64,000 bases of DNA from Mobula hypostoma. Taxonomy: Eukaryota. Shown piece after piece: positions 49,851-62,282 of this stretch. A model generated the notes under the pieces. It was given only the letters and a program-made list of their open reading frames with translations, searched no databases and was not told the DNA's origin. The position numbers and the translations under genes were made by a program. The stretch is taken from contig NC_086108.1 in NCBI RefSeq assembly GCF_963921235.1, forward strand, positions 91,700,001 through 91,764,000, given 5' to 3'. Each line of letters begins with the position of its first letter. The first letter of the stretch is position 1.

Positions 49851-50699
49851 ATGGTAGAAAACCTGAGATCACAACCCTAGAGGTACTGTTCTTTAATTTA
49901 GCACCTAATTCCCTGAAGTCACTTTGCAGGACCTCGTCACCCCTCCTACCCATGTCATTGGTACCAATGTGGACCATGACCTCTGGTTGGTCACCCTCCC
50001 ACTTAAGAATGCTGTGGACTCAATCTGAGATGTCCATGACCCTGGCACCCTGGAGGCAACAAAACACCTGGGGATCTTGTTCTTGTCGACAGGACTTCCC
50101 TTCAGTCCCCTAACCAATGAATCCCCTATCACTGCTGCTCACCTCTTCTCCCCTCTTCCCTTCTGAGTCACAGAGCCCTGACTGCTGTTGCTGTCCATTG
50201 CTAGGTCATTCCTCCACCACAGTATCCAAAGCGGTTATACCTGTTATTGACCAAACAGCCACTGGGATACTCTGCACTGGCTGCTTATCCTCGTTCCCCT
50301 TCCTGACAGTTACCTAGTTACCTGCATCCTGCGCCTGGGGTGAAACTACCTTTACGTATGCTCTGTCTATCAACCCCTCAGGCTCCTGATTGTTTTGGAG
50401 TTCATCCCGTTCCAGATTCAAAGATAAAACTAATTAGTATCAGCATTAAAACTAAAATGTAAATAGAATGTAAAGGCATGAACAAAAAATCTGAAGTAAA
50501 AACAGAGACCGCTGCAAGTGCTCAACTGATCATCACATGAGGAATATTTCCCCTGAAATACTAAATCTTTATTTCTTCCTAACCAGCTGAGCGTTTACTA
50601 ACATTTTTATGATTTTATCTTCTGCTGGGCATCAATGGAAGAATGTAAGAGTCCAAAGATAGAAGGGGGAGAAAGGAAGAGCTCTTTCTTGATTGAAGG

Positions 50700-50779
50700 C
50701 AGGAGTTCCCAACCTTTTTTATGCCATGGTCCAATACCGTTATGAAACGGATCTGTGGACCCCAGGTTGGAAACCCCTG
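50700..50779. mobile_element. hAT-like MITE of about 80 bp (copy 2)
   Basis: TIRs CAGGAGTTCCCAACCT / AGGTTGGAAACCCCTG. Confidence 0.75.
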
Positions 50780-50991
50780 CACTGACATTGCTTCTCCCCC
50801 TTTTGATTCTGCCTGACCTCCGGACATTTTGTTGCTTTCTTCTCTGAGATGAAGGAGAATAATAATACCTTCTCTTTTCAGTGTAAGGTTCAGCTCCGAT
50901 GCTGGGTTTATACAATATGAATCCTCTTCAAATCAAATCTGGAGTGTTCACTCCACCACTTAATTTGGTCAAAACTATTGGCGTTTCACAA

Positions 50992-51173
50992 CACACACAA
51001 AATGCTGGTGGAACACAGCAGGCCCGGCAGCATCTATAGGTAAGAGGTACAGTCGATGTTTCGGGCCGAGGCCCTTCCTATACCTCTTCCTATAGAATCT
51101 GCCTGGCCTGCTGCGTTCCACCAGCATTTTGTGGGTGTTGCTTGAATTTCCAGCATCTGCAGATTTCCTCGTG
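50992..51173. mobile_element. Fold-back Penelope pLTR mini-element with TSD of up to 14 bp
   Basis: TTGGCGTTTCACAA (50978-50991) and TTGGCATTTCACAA (51174-51187); inverted arms of about 60 bp; truncated hammerhead in the loop. Confidence 0.88.
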
Positions 51174-51308
51174 TTGGCATTTCACAATACAGTTCACAGC
51201 AAACTGTCAGAACACAAATCTACTAAACTGAGCCAGAACACTATTTTCAATTAGTTGCCCAATAAAAATCAACAAAGAATTTAACTAACATTTGCTAAAG
51301 TTAATTCC

Positions 51309-51476
51309 CGCAAAATGCTGAAGGAACTCAGCGGGTCAGGCAGCGTCGATGCAGAGGAATAAAGTGCCAGTGTCTGCCCTTTATTTCTCTCTGTAGCTGC
51401 TGTCTGACCTGCTGAGTTCCTTCAGCATTTTGTGTGCAATGCTCTAGATTTCTAGCAACTGCAGAATCTCCCATCT
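51309..51476. mobile_element. Fold-back Penelope pLTR mini-element (older)
   Basis: GCAAAATGCTGAAGGAACTCAGC...GCTGAGTTCCTTCAGCATTTTGT. Flanks CTAAAGTTAATTCC / CTAGAATTAATTTC (11 of 14 match). Confidence 0.8.
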
Positions 51477-52054
51477 CTAGAATTAATTTCAATATTTTTC
51501 ATGTAAACTACAATACCTAGCATTTTGTTTGTTTGTTGTGTTTATTCTTAGTGGGTGATATTTAGAGTTTATATTCTGATCCAGTCTGTGGCTGCTATTT
51601 GGACCAGAATGCTATTAAAGTTTGATGAATCATTTAATGAAACCAACAGCATAAGAGATCTATTATTCTTTTAAGGGTCAGCCCATGTTTGTGCTTAGCA
51701 ATATCAACACCATGGCAGTATCAACAGTGTACAGCAAATGTTGAATGGAGACTATGTAGAGGAAATGCTTCATTAAACAATGAATCATTCAATGCTAGTC
51801 ATTCAGATGCTGCAAAAGCACACACAGACCGTAACAACAGCCTGGTGCAATAATGAAAAGGCGCAACTTTTCTTATGCAGGTCAATAAAATGGTATAGAA
51901 AAACATTGGCTCAATTGTTTTAACTTAACTCAAATGTTTAATTTGAAAATGTTCCAACTTACAGACTGCACTTTATGATGATGGCTTTTATTAATTTTAT
52001 TGAAAAAAATTTCTAAAAGGTGAAATTCCTTTTTGAAATTCTATAAAATATTGC

Positions 52055-52868
52055 AGTTTTATAGAGCTGCAATATTACCTTGCTGCTGTTGAACTCAATA
52101 CCCCGTCTAACAAGGGCAAACAAAAGATTTCTTTTACCTCACTTTCCTTAGTAACCTGGAGTATAACCCATTCAGTATAATCTGGGAATTTACCTACCCT
52201 CATGTTTTTCAAATGTTACAACACTGCTTCTTTCTTAACCTTGACATGTACCAGCATATTAGCCTGATCTATGCTGACCTCATAATTGTCAAGGTCTTCC
52301 TCAATGGTGAAAACTAAACCAAAGTATTCATTAAGGCCTTCTCTTATCTCCTTTGATTCCAGGCAAATGTTTCATCTTTTATCCCTGATTGGTCCTACCC
52401 TCACTCTATTCATCCTCCTGTTCTTTATATTCAGTATGTGTAGAATGCCTTGGGGTTTTCCCTAATCTCACTCACCAAGGCTTTCTCGTTTTCCCTTCTG
52501 ACACTCCTAAGTTCCTTCTTAAGGACCTTCCTGGCTACCTTATAACTCTCAAGAACTCTGTTTGATCATTGCTTCCTAAACCTAAAGTATACTTGCTTCT
52601 TCCTCTTGACTAACAGATCCACATCTCTTGTCAACCATGGTTCTTTCACTTACCACCCTTTCCCTGTCTCAGTGAAATAAACGTATCCAGAACCCCCTGT
52701 AATTTCTCTCGAAACAACTTCTATATCACCATTTATTACCCTGACAACATCTGTTGCCAATTTATGCTCCCAAGTTCCTACCTAATAGCATCATAATTCC
52801 CCCTCCCCCAACTAAATACTTTTCCATACAATCTGCTCCTATTCTTGTCCAAGGCTATGCTAATGGTT
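52055..52868 (-). mobile_element. Old CR1 ORF2 fragment
   Basis: Diverged homology to 47560-48300 (APE-RT linker region). Confidence 0.6.
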
Positions 52869-52872
52869 AGGT

Positions 52873-54274
52873 AACACATACAAAATGCTGAAGGCACTCA
52901 ACAGGCCAGGCAGCATCTATGGAAAAATGTACAGTTGACATTTCAGGCCGAGACCCTTCAGCAGGACTAGAGAGAAAACGATGAGTAGATTTAAAAGGTG
53001 GGGGAGGGGAGAGAGAAACATGGGGTATAAGGTGAAACTGGGAGGGGGAACAATGAAGTAAATAGCTGGGAAATTGATTGGTGAAAGAGAAACAGGGCTG
53101 CAGAAGGGGGAGTCTGATAGGTGAGGATAGAAGGTGAGGTAGAAAGAAAAAGGGGGAAGTGCACCAGAGGGAGGCAATGGGTGGGCAAAGAGATAAGGTG
53201 AGAGAGGGAGAAGGGGATGGGGACTGGTGAAGGAGAGGGTGGAGGGGGGAGTCATTACTGGAAGTTCGAGAAATCGATATTCATGCCATCAGGTTGGAGG
53301 CTACTCAGACGGAATACAAGGTGTTGTTCCTCCACCCCTGAGATGGCCTCATTGTGACGGTAGAGGAGACCATGGACTGACAAATTGGAATGGGAATGGG
53401 AAGTGGAATTAAAATCTGTGGCCACTGGGAGATCCCTCTTCTCCTGGCAGACGGAGTTAGGTGTTCGATGAAATGGTCTCCCAATCTATGTCGGGTCTCA
53501 CCGATATACAGGAGCCACACCAGGAGCACTGAACACAGTATAAGACCCCAACAGATTCACAAGTGAAGTGTCACCTCACCTGCGAGGACTGTTTAGGGCC
53601 CTGAATGGTAGTGAGGGAGGAGGTGTATGGGCAGGTGTAGCACTTGTTCTGCTTGCAAGGATAAGTGCCAGGAAGGAGATCAGTGGGGAAGGACCAGTGG
53701 ACAAGGGAGTCATGTAGGGAGTGATCCCTGCGGAAAGCAGAAAGTGGAGGGGGGGGGGAGGGAAAGATATGCTTGGTGGTGGGATCCCATTGGAGGTGGC
53801 AGAAGTTTCACAGAATTATGTGCTGGGCACGGAGGCTGATGGGGTGGTAGGTGAGGGCAAGAGGAACTCTATTCCTGGTACGGTGGTGGGAGGATGGGGT
53901 AAGAGCAGATGAGAATGAAATGGAAGGGATGCGATTGAAGGCAGTGTTGATGGTGGAGGAAGGGAAGCCGCTTTCTTTGAAAAGGAAGGCCATCTCCTTT
54001 ATTCTAGAATGAAAGGCTTCATCCTGAGAGCAGATGCAGCAGAGACAGAGGAATTGAGAGAAGGAGGTAGCATTTTTACAAGTAACAGAGTTGAGCGAGG
54101 AATAGTCCAGGTAGCTGTGAGAGACCGTGGGTTTATAATAGACATCAGTAGATATGCGGTCCCAGAGAAAGAGACAGTGCGATTGAGAATGGGGAGGGAG
54201 GTGTCAAAAATGGACCAGGTAAATTTGAGGGCAGGGTGGAAGTTGGAGGCAAAGTTGATGAAGTCGATGAGTTC
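52873..54274 (-). mobile_element. Penelope-like (Neptune-type) element: RT C-terminus, Cys-rich linker, GIY-YIG and pLTR; frameshifted
   Basis: FINFASNFHPALKFTW, RVPLALTYHP, GTYPCKQNKCYTCPY...HFTCESVGVLYC and LYIGETRHRLGDHFIEH motifs. Confidence 0.93.
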
Positions 54275-54616
54275 ACCTATCAGACTCCCACATCTCCAGT
54301 ACTGTTCCATCCACCAAATGCATTTCTTTTATGAAGAAATGAGGTAAATTTTGGAGAATTTCAAGGGCTCCAGGTTCTCAGAGGGGGTTAGCAAGGATAC
54401 CAGAGAGGTATGTGCATCCAAGGCTCTGAATGGCAAAATATTTGAAGGAAAATTCCATTTGTGTGAAAAGAGAAGGAAGAAATTAAGTTCTGATATAGAT
54501 AATGTTATTGACAATCATGTCCTCTTTCCCTTCTTCCATCTCTACTTCTTTTGCTTAGTTATCTGTTTACCAAATACTTCTGTAACTGTGATCGGTAAAT
54601 TACATAGAGTCCTACA

Positions 54617-55808
54617 GTCATAGAACAGTATAGCGCAGAAACAGGCCATTCAGCCCATTGAGTCTATGCCAAACCCCTTAAGCTGCCTAGTCTCATTGAC
54701 CTGTACCCGGACCATAGTCTTCCATACCCTGCCATCCATGCACCTATCCAAACTTCTATTAAACATTGAGATTGAGCTCACATGCACTACTTGTGCTGGT
54801 AGCTCATTCCACACTCTCTGAGTAAGGAAATTTTCCCTCATGTTCCCCATAAACTTTTCACCTTTCACCCTTAACCCATGACCTCTAGTTGTAGTCACAC
54901 CCAAACTCAGTGGGAAAAGCCTGCTTACATTTACCCTGTCTATACCCCTACGTTTATCAAATCTCCTCTCAGTCTTCTATGTTCCAAGGAATAAAGTCCT
55001 AACCTATTCAATCTTTTCCTATACCTCAGGTTCACCAGTCCAAGCAAAATCCTTGTAAATTTTCTCTGTGCTCTTTTAATGTTACTTACATCTTTCCTGG
55101 AGGTAGGTGACCAAAACTGCATACAATACTCAAAATTCGGCCTTACCAATGTCTTAAACAACTTCAACATAACATCCCATCTCCTGTACTCAATACTTTG
55201 ATTTATGAAGGTCAAAGTGCCAAAAGCTTTCTTAATGACCCTATCTACCTGTGCAGCCACTTTCAATGAATTGTGGACCTGTATTCCCAGAACTCTTTGT
55301 TCTGCCTCACCCCTCAGTGCCCTACCATTCCCTGTATAAGATCTATCCTTGTTGGGCCTACTGAAGTGCAACAGCTAGCATTTGTCTGCATTAAATTCCA
55401 TCTGCCTTTTTTCAGCCCATTTTTCCAGCTGGTCTAGATCCCACTGTAAGCTCTGATAGTCTTCCTTGTTTTCCACTACACCCCCAGTCTTGGTCTCACC
55501 TGCAAATTTGCTGATCCAGTTAACCACATGATCAAGATCATTGATATAGATGACAAACAGCAATGCACCCAGCGCTGATCCCTGTGGCACCCACTAGTCA
55601 TTGGCCTCCAGTCAAGAGAGTCAACTATCTAGTACCATACTCTTACTTCTCCCACAAAGCCTATATCTACCTCATTTTGAATTTACTCCCTCATCTTGAA
55701 TGCCAAGTGACTGTACTTTCGTGACCAATCTCCCATGCGGGCCTTTATCAAATGCCTTGCTAAAATCTATGAGACTACATCCACTGCCTTGCCTTTATGA
55801 ACTTTCCA
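54617..55808 (-). mobile_element. CR1 LINE RT to 3' tail
   Basis: ORFs 55375-55590, 54940-55371 and 54650-54904. Confidence 0.92.
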
Positions 55809-57014
55809 TCTTCATCTTTGTTTTGCTGCTCATTAAGGTTGCTAAAGATTATCGTGAGATGTGAGTTGTTAAGTACTTTCAAAATCTTGTTCATCCCAAA
55901 GTGTTACTATCTTTCTTCTCAATTATTTTTATTTATAAGAATACTTTGAATTTTTTATTTATTTGCAGTAACTATTTCATTTAAAGTAAGCTTTCTGAAT
56001 TTTCAAGAATTCTCATTTCCTAGAATTTGTATAAAAACAAAGATTTATATTAATTTGTAACAATTTAGACTCAAATTCCAGCAATGACATGGCTTATGAA
56101 GCATCTAGTATGCTACTGTTTGGATATAACAAGTCAAAAACAAATATGAGAGTAAAGCAATTAAAGTCACAAAGCTGAATAGATTATTAATTAACCTTCA
56201 AGTCACGCTTGATTAACCTTAAAGCATTTTAAAATCGGCATTAACTTAAGAGATAAAGATAACCCCTCCTCCTTAAGGGACAGCGGAATATAACAAAGGT
56301 AGGACAAAAACAAATCACTCATTCATAAAATAAAATTGAAGTGCCCAACTTTTAAGGAAATCACTGCTCCCAGCCTTGGTATATTTAAACAACGAGATTG
56401 AAAACAAAATCAAAAATGCCATGAAGTTAAAATGATAAAAATTTCAGAAGACATATTGATCCAAATAATTACATTGCTTTTCCTTTCTTGGCGCTAGCTT
56501 AATCAAAAGAATACTGCTCATAATAAGAATGTGCTTGATACACTTAATCTGAGGCTAACCAGTCCCTTGAAAACTATATTCGCCTTAGGCTATGACTGCT
56601 GCCTTGAATTCTTGGTAGGAAGTGCTTTATTTAAAAACTTTTTTATAATCTAGTTGGAAATTCTGATTTTCTTTACATAAAGAGATAGATAAAAATGTTT
56701 TTTTACAAAATATATATACCTTTAATAATCATTGTTGTTTTAACTTCTGTCATTTCACCTGGGATCTAGATCTCTGAAGGCCTACACCCATCCATGAAAG
56801 TCCTTGTAGATTTTCTGCTACTGTTGCTTACTCTTGCAATGTTCAACTCTTTCCCTTCTCTGTAATGCCCAGAGTTGTTCGCTGTCTTGCCTTTCAGCTT
56901 AATTTACTTCAACTGTTCAACTTAATTGACCTTCCCTTTTAACCCACAGTTCACTAATAGGTCATATCCTGCACCATGGGCATTTCATATTTCAGTTATG
57001 TTGGTTAATGGCTG

Positions 57015-57749
57015 TACGTTCTGGTCATGTTCTTCATTAAAATCTTTTTGAAAGTCTTTATTTTCTACAATTTCTAAAGCTCTGAAAATTAATTTACAAC
57101 CTAATACATTGACTGTCTTACTTGGAATAGTTCCGCATTATATTCAGGGCATTGCATCTTCAGACCAACATGTAATTGCATTTGTCACATTGCTGGCAAG
57201 AAGGGCTATTTTATTGAAATAGAAAGATACGCCTGTCCCTACGTTAATTCAATGGTTTTCTCAAGTAGTGTTATGTCTTAGCTTGGAAAAAATTAGAAGT
57301 AGAACTTTTGATCCTCGATTCGATTTTGAGAGAAGATGGGGCTCCCAAATATTATCACTTAATTTGAATTAATTTATATGGTTTCCTGCCGATTTTATTT
57401 TATATAAATATGAACTGGCGGTTGATGATTTTTCTTCTTTATATTTATAGATGATTGTAAGACGTATTGCTCCTGGAGTTGGTTCCCAATGGTTTTTTCC
57501 CTCTCTCTCTTTTTTCTTCTTTTTTCTTTTTCTTTCTCTTGTAGTTACTGGGTTTTTTCTTTTAGTAGTTGGGGTTCTCTTTTTCCTTCTTTTCTTTATA
57601 AAAAATATTTTTTTTCATTATCATATATTATTCTTTTTTGATAAGTTTTTTTCTTCAGCTTTATTAACTGTATATATTTCAATTTGCTGAAATCTTGTAC
57701 TATTTTAAAGCTGTAGAAGATTATGCATCAATTAAAAGATTTAAAAAAA
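57015..57749 (+). mobile_element. L1-clade LINE 3' end with A-rich tail and 13-bp TSD
   Basis: FWSCSSLKSF*...IAFVTLLARRAILLK*K...LIQWFSQVVLCLSLEKIR; T-rich 3' UTR. TGGTTAATGGCTG at 57002-57014 and 57750-57762. Confidence 0.9.
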
Positions 57750-58672
57750 TGGTTAATGGCTGAATCAAAGGTGGAGATGAATCAGCATACAGGAGGGAGA
57801 TTGAAAATCTGGTTGAAGGTGCCAGAGCAATAAATTCTCGCTCTACGTCAACAAAACCAAAGAGCTGATTGTGAACTACAAGAGGAAGAAGTCAGTGATC
57901 CATGAGCCATATTAGGGATTGGGGAGCGAGAGACATAGTAACTCTAAATTCCTTGGCATTATCATATCAGGGGATTTGTCCTGGGACCAGCACATAAATG
58001 CCATTATGAAGCACCTCTACTTTCAACAGCGCCTCTACATTTTTAAAAAAGTTTGCATAGATTCAGTATGCCACCTAAAACTTTGACAAACAGCTATAGA
58101 TGTACAGTTGAGAGTATCCTGACTGGTTACATCATGCCCTGAGATGGAAACACCAAAGCCCAGGAATGAGCAAAGGATCTGCGAAAAGTGGTGAATGCAG
58201 CTCAGTCTATATCAGGCAAAGCCCTCCACTGAGCACATTTACAAACGCTACCACAAGAAAGCAGCATCTGTTCTTAAGGATGCTGACTGTCCTGACCAAG
58301 CATTCTTTTTACTACTGCCATCGGGCAGGACGTACAGGAATTTTAGGTCCCACGCCATCAGGTGCAGGAACAGTTATTACCCTAGAACTATCAAGCTCCT
58401 GAACTGGTCTGGATAACTTCACTCACCTCAACTCCGACCTGACTCCACAATCTACAGACTCTCTTTCAAGGACATCTACCACTCACATTCTCGGTATTAT
58501 TTATTTATTCTTGTTTGCACAACTTGTCTTTTTTTGCACACTGGTTGTTAATTAGTCTTATGTATAGTTTTTATAAATTCTATTGTATTTCTTTAATTTC
58601 CTGTAAATGCTTCCAACAAATAAATCTCAAGATAGTATATTCTATTTATGGTGACATATACTAACCGTGATG
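57750..58672 (+). mobile_element. Rex1/Babar LINE 3' portion
   Basis: FFLLLPSGRTYRNFRSHAIRCRNSYYPRTIKLLN motif and 3' UTR. Confidence 0.88.
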
Positions 58673-59399
58673 AAAAATTTTTAAAATCTTCAGCTAAGTT
58701 GACTCATACATTTGCAAATTAAAGAGAAATTGCTTATTATTATTAAGTGATTTCCTGAGAGCTAGTGTTAAGAACATAATCTCCAATCTCTACTCACCTA
58801 TTTTTGTTTCTTTCCTCTGAAGTAACTGCAATTTATTGTTTTCGAATCGAGTAACCATTAAAATTATTGAATAATCCTACTCAGTATTGCAGAGTTAATA
58901 GCAGGTGCACAGGTATAGTTTCCTAATTTAGCAGCATACATTTTATCCACTGTAGAAATAATGACCAGTGTAATGAGCATAGTTATAGCTCAGTTGAATT
59001 TAAATAAATAAAGCAAATCTGAAAAAAGAATTGTTGGATCAATTTGCAGGTATTGCATAATATCCAATTATATCAAACAGCTGGCCAGTTCCAAAGATAT
59101 TCACTAATGATTTCACAATGTTCAATTCCATTTGCAATCCTGAGCAAACAAATTAGTCCATACCCGTATGCAACTAAACCTGGATATCTAATCGTATCAA
59201 GCAGCAAGTGGCCTACAAAAGTTGGCTTTCTCTGACAAGAGTTTAACCACCTACCCTTAATAGTCAGTGATATTTCTGTCATGGCATTCCTCTGGATTAA
59301 TATTACAGGGCAAATATTGACCAATAACTTAGTGGATCAAATGCTCAGATACTGTGCCTACAAGTGCTGGTCATCTGCTGTGTATCCTAAGGCTTGTGA

Positions 59400-59930
59400 C
59401 AGCCCACACCCTTTCCACCATTTACGAGGAATATCTTGGAAGCATGATAGAAGACTCTTTATTGGTTTGGATGAGTGTGGTTTCAGTAAACACTCAGAAA
59501 TGTCGACATTGTCCAGTACAAAGCATCCAATTTTGATTGGTAATCCATAATCTACTTTAAATCTTCATTCTCTCCACCAGTGGCACTGTATAGCTGTGGT
59601 GTGTACTATCTACAAAATGGAGTGCATTTGCTCACTCAGACTATTCTCATAGCACCAGCCAAATTCATGACCCCTACCATGAAGGAGAACTTGTAAAGCA
59701 GCACATGGGACCACCACAGTCTCCCTCTTCCCCATCCTGAATTAAACATGTATCAGTTTTACCCCCTCTTTGCTGAGCCTAGATCCTGGAATTGCCTCCT
59801 TAACAGCACACTGGAATTCCCTTAACCAGAGGTCTGCAGAAGTAGAAGAATGTGATTCACCATCATTTTCTCAAAGGAAAAATAATCATGGGAAATAAAT
59901 GCTGGATTTGTCAGTGAGGTGCATGGTCCG
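59400..59930 (+). mobile_element. Ancient CR1/L2-superclade LINE 3' end
   Basis: TIYEEYLGSMIEDS resembles a decayed TIYKAQVRSVMEYS motif; ends AATAAATGCTGGATTTGTCAGTGA. Confidence 0.55.
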
Positions 59931-60005
59931 AAAATTACTTTAAAATTTCTGGGTTAAATTTCTGTTTACTTTTTGAAAAGGTACATGTAGAAGAGCAAAA
60001 CCAGA

Positions 60006-60210
60006 TGGTGGCGTAGCGGTTACTATGACACTATTACAATTTGAGTTCTGAGTTCAATTCCAACATCATTTGTAGAAGTTTACACGTCCTTCCTGTTTCC
60101 TCCGGGTGCTCCAGTTTCCTTCTAAAGGTGTACTAGTTAGTAGGTTGATTGGTCATTGTAAATTATCCTATGATTAGGCCTGAAGGGCCTGTTCTGGACT
60201 GTATCTCAAA
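60006..60210 (+). mobile_element. tRNA-derived V-SINE (HE1-like)
   Basis: A box TGGCGTAGCGG, B box GAGTTCAATTCC, V-domain TTTCCTCCGGGTGCTCCAGTTTCC and CR1-type tail GAAGGGCCTGTTC. Confidence 0.8.
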
Positions 60211-60224
60211 GTAACGAAATCTCT

Positions 60225-61050
60225 ACACCCATGACTGTATGGTTAGGCGCAGCTTAAATGACATCTATAAATTTGCTGATGATGCAATCATTGTTGGCAG
60301 AGTCTCAGATGGAGGTGAGAGGGCGTACAGGAGAGAGATGTACCAGCTAGTACAAGAAGATCAAGAGTCGCCTCTATTTCCTGAGGACACTGAGATCCTT
60401 TGAAGCTCACAGGCCTCTCCTTCACATGTTCTACCAGTCTGTTGCCGCCAGTACAATCTTCTATGCGGTGGTGTGCTGGGGCAATGGCGTCAACATAGGT
60501 GATGCCAACAGGCTCAATAAACTGATTAGAAAGGCTGGCTCTGTTATAGGAGCCAAACTGGACACACTGGAGGTTGTGGAAGAACAAAGGACTCTATGGA
60601 AAATCTTGGCAATTCTGGACAATGTTTCTCACCCTTGACATGCCACCTTGGCAGGACAGAGGAGCACTTTTAGTAATAGACTAAGATAACTACGCTGCTC
60701 CAAAGAGCGCTATATGAGGTCATTCTTACCCTTGGCTTTTAGCCGGGAAGCCCTTCCTATTACACTATTTGAGGTAACCTATTTTTTAAAATTCTTTCCT
60801 ATTTCTCTTCTAATAGTTATATATTTGTATATCTGTGCACTTGTAATGCTACTGTGACAGCTGAGCGGTGTCACAGCAACAACCCCGCACTCAACATCAG
60901 TGAGGCCAAAGAACTGATTGTGGACTTCAGAAAGGGTAGAACAAGGGACCAGGAACAAATCCTCATAGAGGGATCAGAAGTGGAAAGAATGAGCCATTTC
61001 AAGTTCCTGGGTGTCATCATCTCTGAGGATCTAACCTGGTCCCAACATAA
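60225..61050 (+). mobile_element. Rex1/Babar fragment containing a nested Rex1-type 3' end of another subfamily (about 60350-60857)
   Basis: Host IYKFADD...LNISEAKELIVDFRK...FKFLGVIISEDLTWSQH; insert MFYQSVAASTIFYAVVCWG...DANRLNKLIRKAGSVIG. Confidence 0.8.
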
Positions 61051-61674
61051 GGAGTGCTCCAAACAAGACCTCAACTGTGGAACTGGTGGAAGATGATGAC
61101 ACATCACAATGGCAGCAAAGGCAGAGGAAGGATGCAGCTGTGAACAATCCTTAATTATCTTGCATTCCATGTCACTGGACCCTGACCCTGATCTGTTAAA
61201 GACCATGTGGTGGCTGCCCGTGCATCAGCCTCCCCACATTAAACAAAGTCATGCACAGGCTTTCTCCATTAAGGGAATCCACCCTAACATCCTGGATTAA
61301 GTCCCATGCCAAAACATGTCAATCCCAGATTGGCCTCTACAGCCACCTGAAGACCCACCAATAGACAACCTCTAAGGTGACCTTCATACTTGATTCAAAT
61401 GATTGTACTTCGCTGTAGCATCTTTGGAAAGAGAGAATCAAAGTTAACATTTCATGGGGCTTTCAACCTGCGATATTAAATCTTTCTCTTTCCACAGATA
61501 CTCCCTGACCTACAGAGTGCTATATCTGCAATATCTGTTTCTGCTTCAGATTTCCAGAATCTGCTGTTCTTTTTATTAAGTATCTTGGAAAAACTGATAA
61601 TTTTCTTAAATCAGCGATAATTACAAAATTAGTTTTGAATCTTAAGCTTTCCTAGAAAGTAACTTCAAAGAAAT

Positions 61675-61862
61675 CACTTGGTTCAGTTGGCACCACTACA
61701 GCCTCTGACTCGGAGATACTTTGTACTCAAGCACCTCAGCAGACTTTGAATATGTAATTTAAACTGCCCAAACAGTGTATAATCTGGGATTGGAGCATTG
61801 TTGAGGTGTTATCTTTGCTGAATGTATTGAAATATGTGCCTGTCAATGTGAAGATAAAAAAA
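61675..61862 (+). mobile_element. Ancient tRNA-headed Deu-domain SINE remnant
   Basis: TGGTTCAGTTGG...GCCTCTGACTCGGAG head and GCATTGTTGAGGTGTTATCTTT Deu-like core. Confidence 0.5.
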
Positions 61863-62282
61863 CTAAAATGAAAATAAAAAAATCTAAAGAGTAATTTTCA
61901 GTAGGAGGTGAGTATAAATTGACAGCAATGGATAAGTCACAACTTATGCGATGGGATTTGTCTTTCCATTGGCAACAATAGAAAGGAAGACCAGCAAAAT
62001 ACTCAAGACCATCACCAATTTCCAGTATCTGGAAAAATCAAAAACATTCCACAAAAATTAAAGACCAAAAGGCAGATCTCCTATTGCTTTGGTCAAATTT
62101 TTCTGCAAATCAAATTGTACATGAATATTTGTCCAATTTTGTTTTGGTTCTGGGGCCTGTTGTTTAAAAATTGTCTTCTGTTAATGCCTACATAGAAACA
62201 GTGAAAACAAATTGACATTAACTTTGATGTCAGATCAAGACATAATTGAAGAGTAGCTTCCCTACTTATTCTATCTATTATG

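Larger units (their letters stand above)
45450..50420 (-). mobile_element. Long decayed CR1 (ORF1 esterase, APE endonuclease, RT, 3' region) with three nested insertions
   Basis: IGDSLVRG and VHIGTNDMGR (ORF1), GPDKVFPRILWE, SCLTNLIEFFEEVT, LYKTLVRPNL. Inserts at 45784-46477, 47237-47371 and 49224-49850. Confidence 0.9.

Noticed and set aside
1316..54274. Recurring GAGGAACTCAGCAGG...GCAGCATC motif as a CRISPR-like repeat
   Set aside because: It is dispersed in both orientations, irregularly spaced and attached to GIY-YIG coding ends, so it is the Penelope pLTR terminus.
57451..57690. Hydrophobic Phe-rich ORF as a membrane peptide
   Set aside because: It is a translation of the T-rich L1 3' UTR.
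58799..58877. Minus-strand open segment DYSIILMVTRFENNKLQLLQRKETKI ending at TAG|GTGAGT
   Set aside because: The acceptor lacks a pyrimidine tract and the peptide is not recognised.
60006..60065. tRNA gene
   Set aside because: A and B boxes are present but there is no cloverleaf, and it continues into a V-SINE body and tail.
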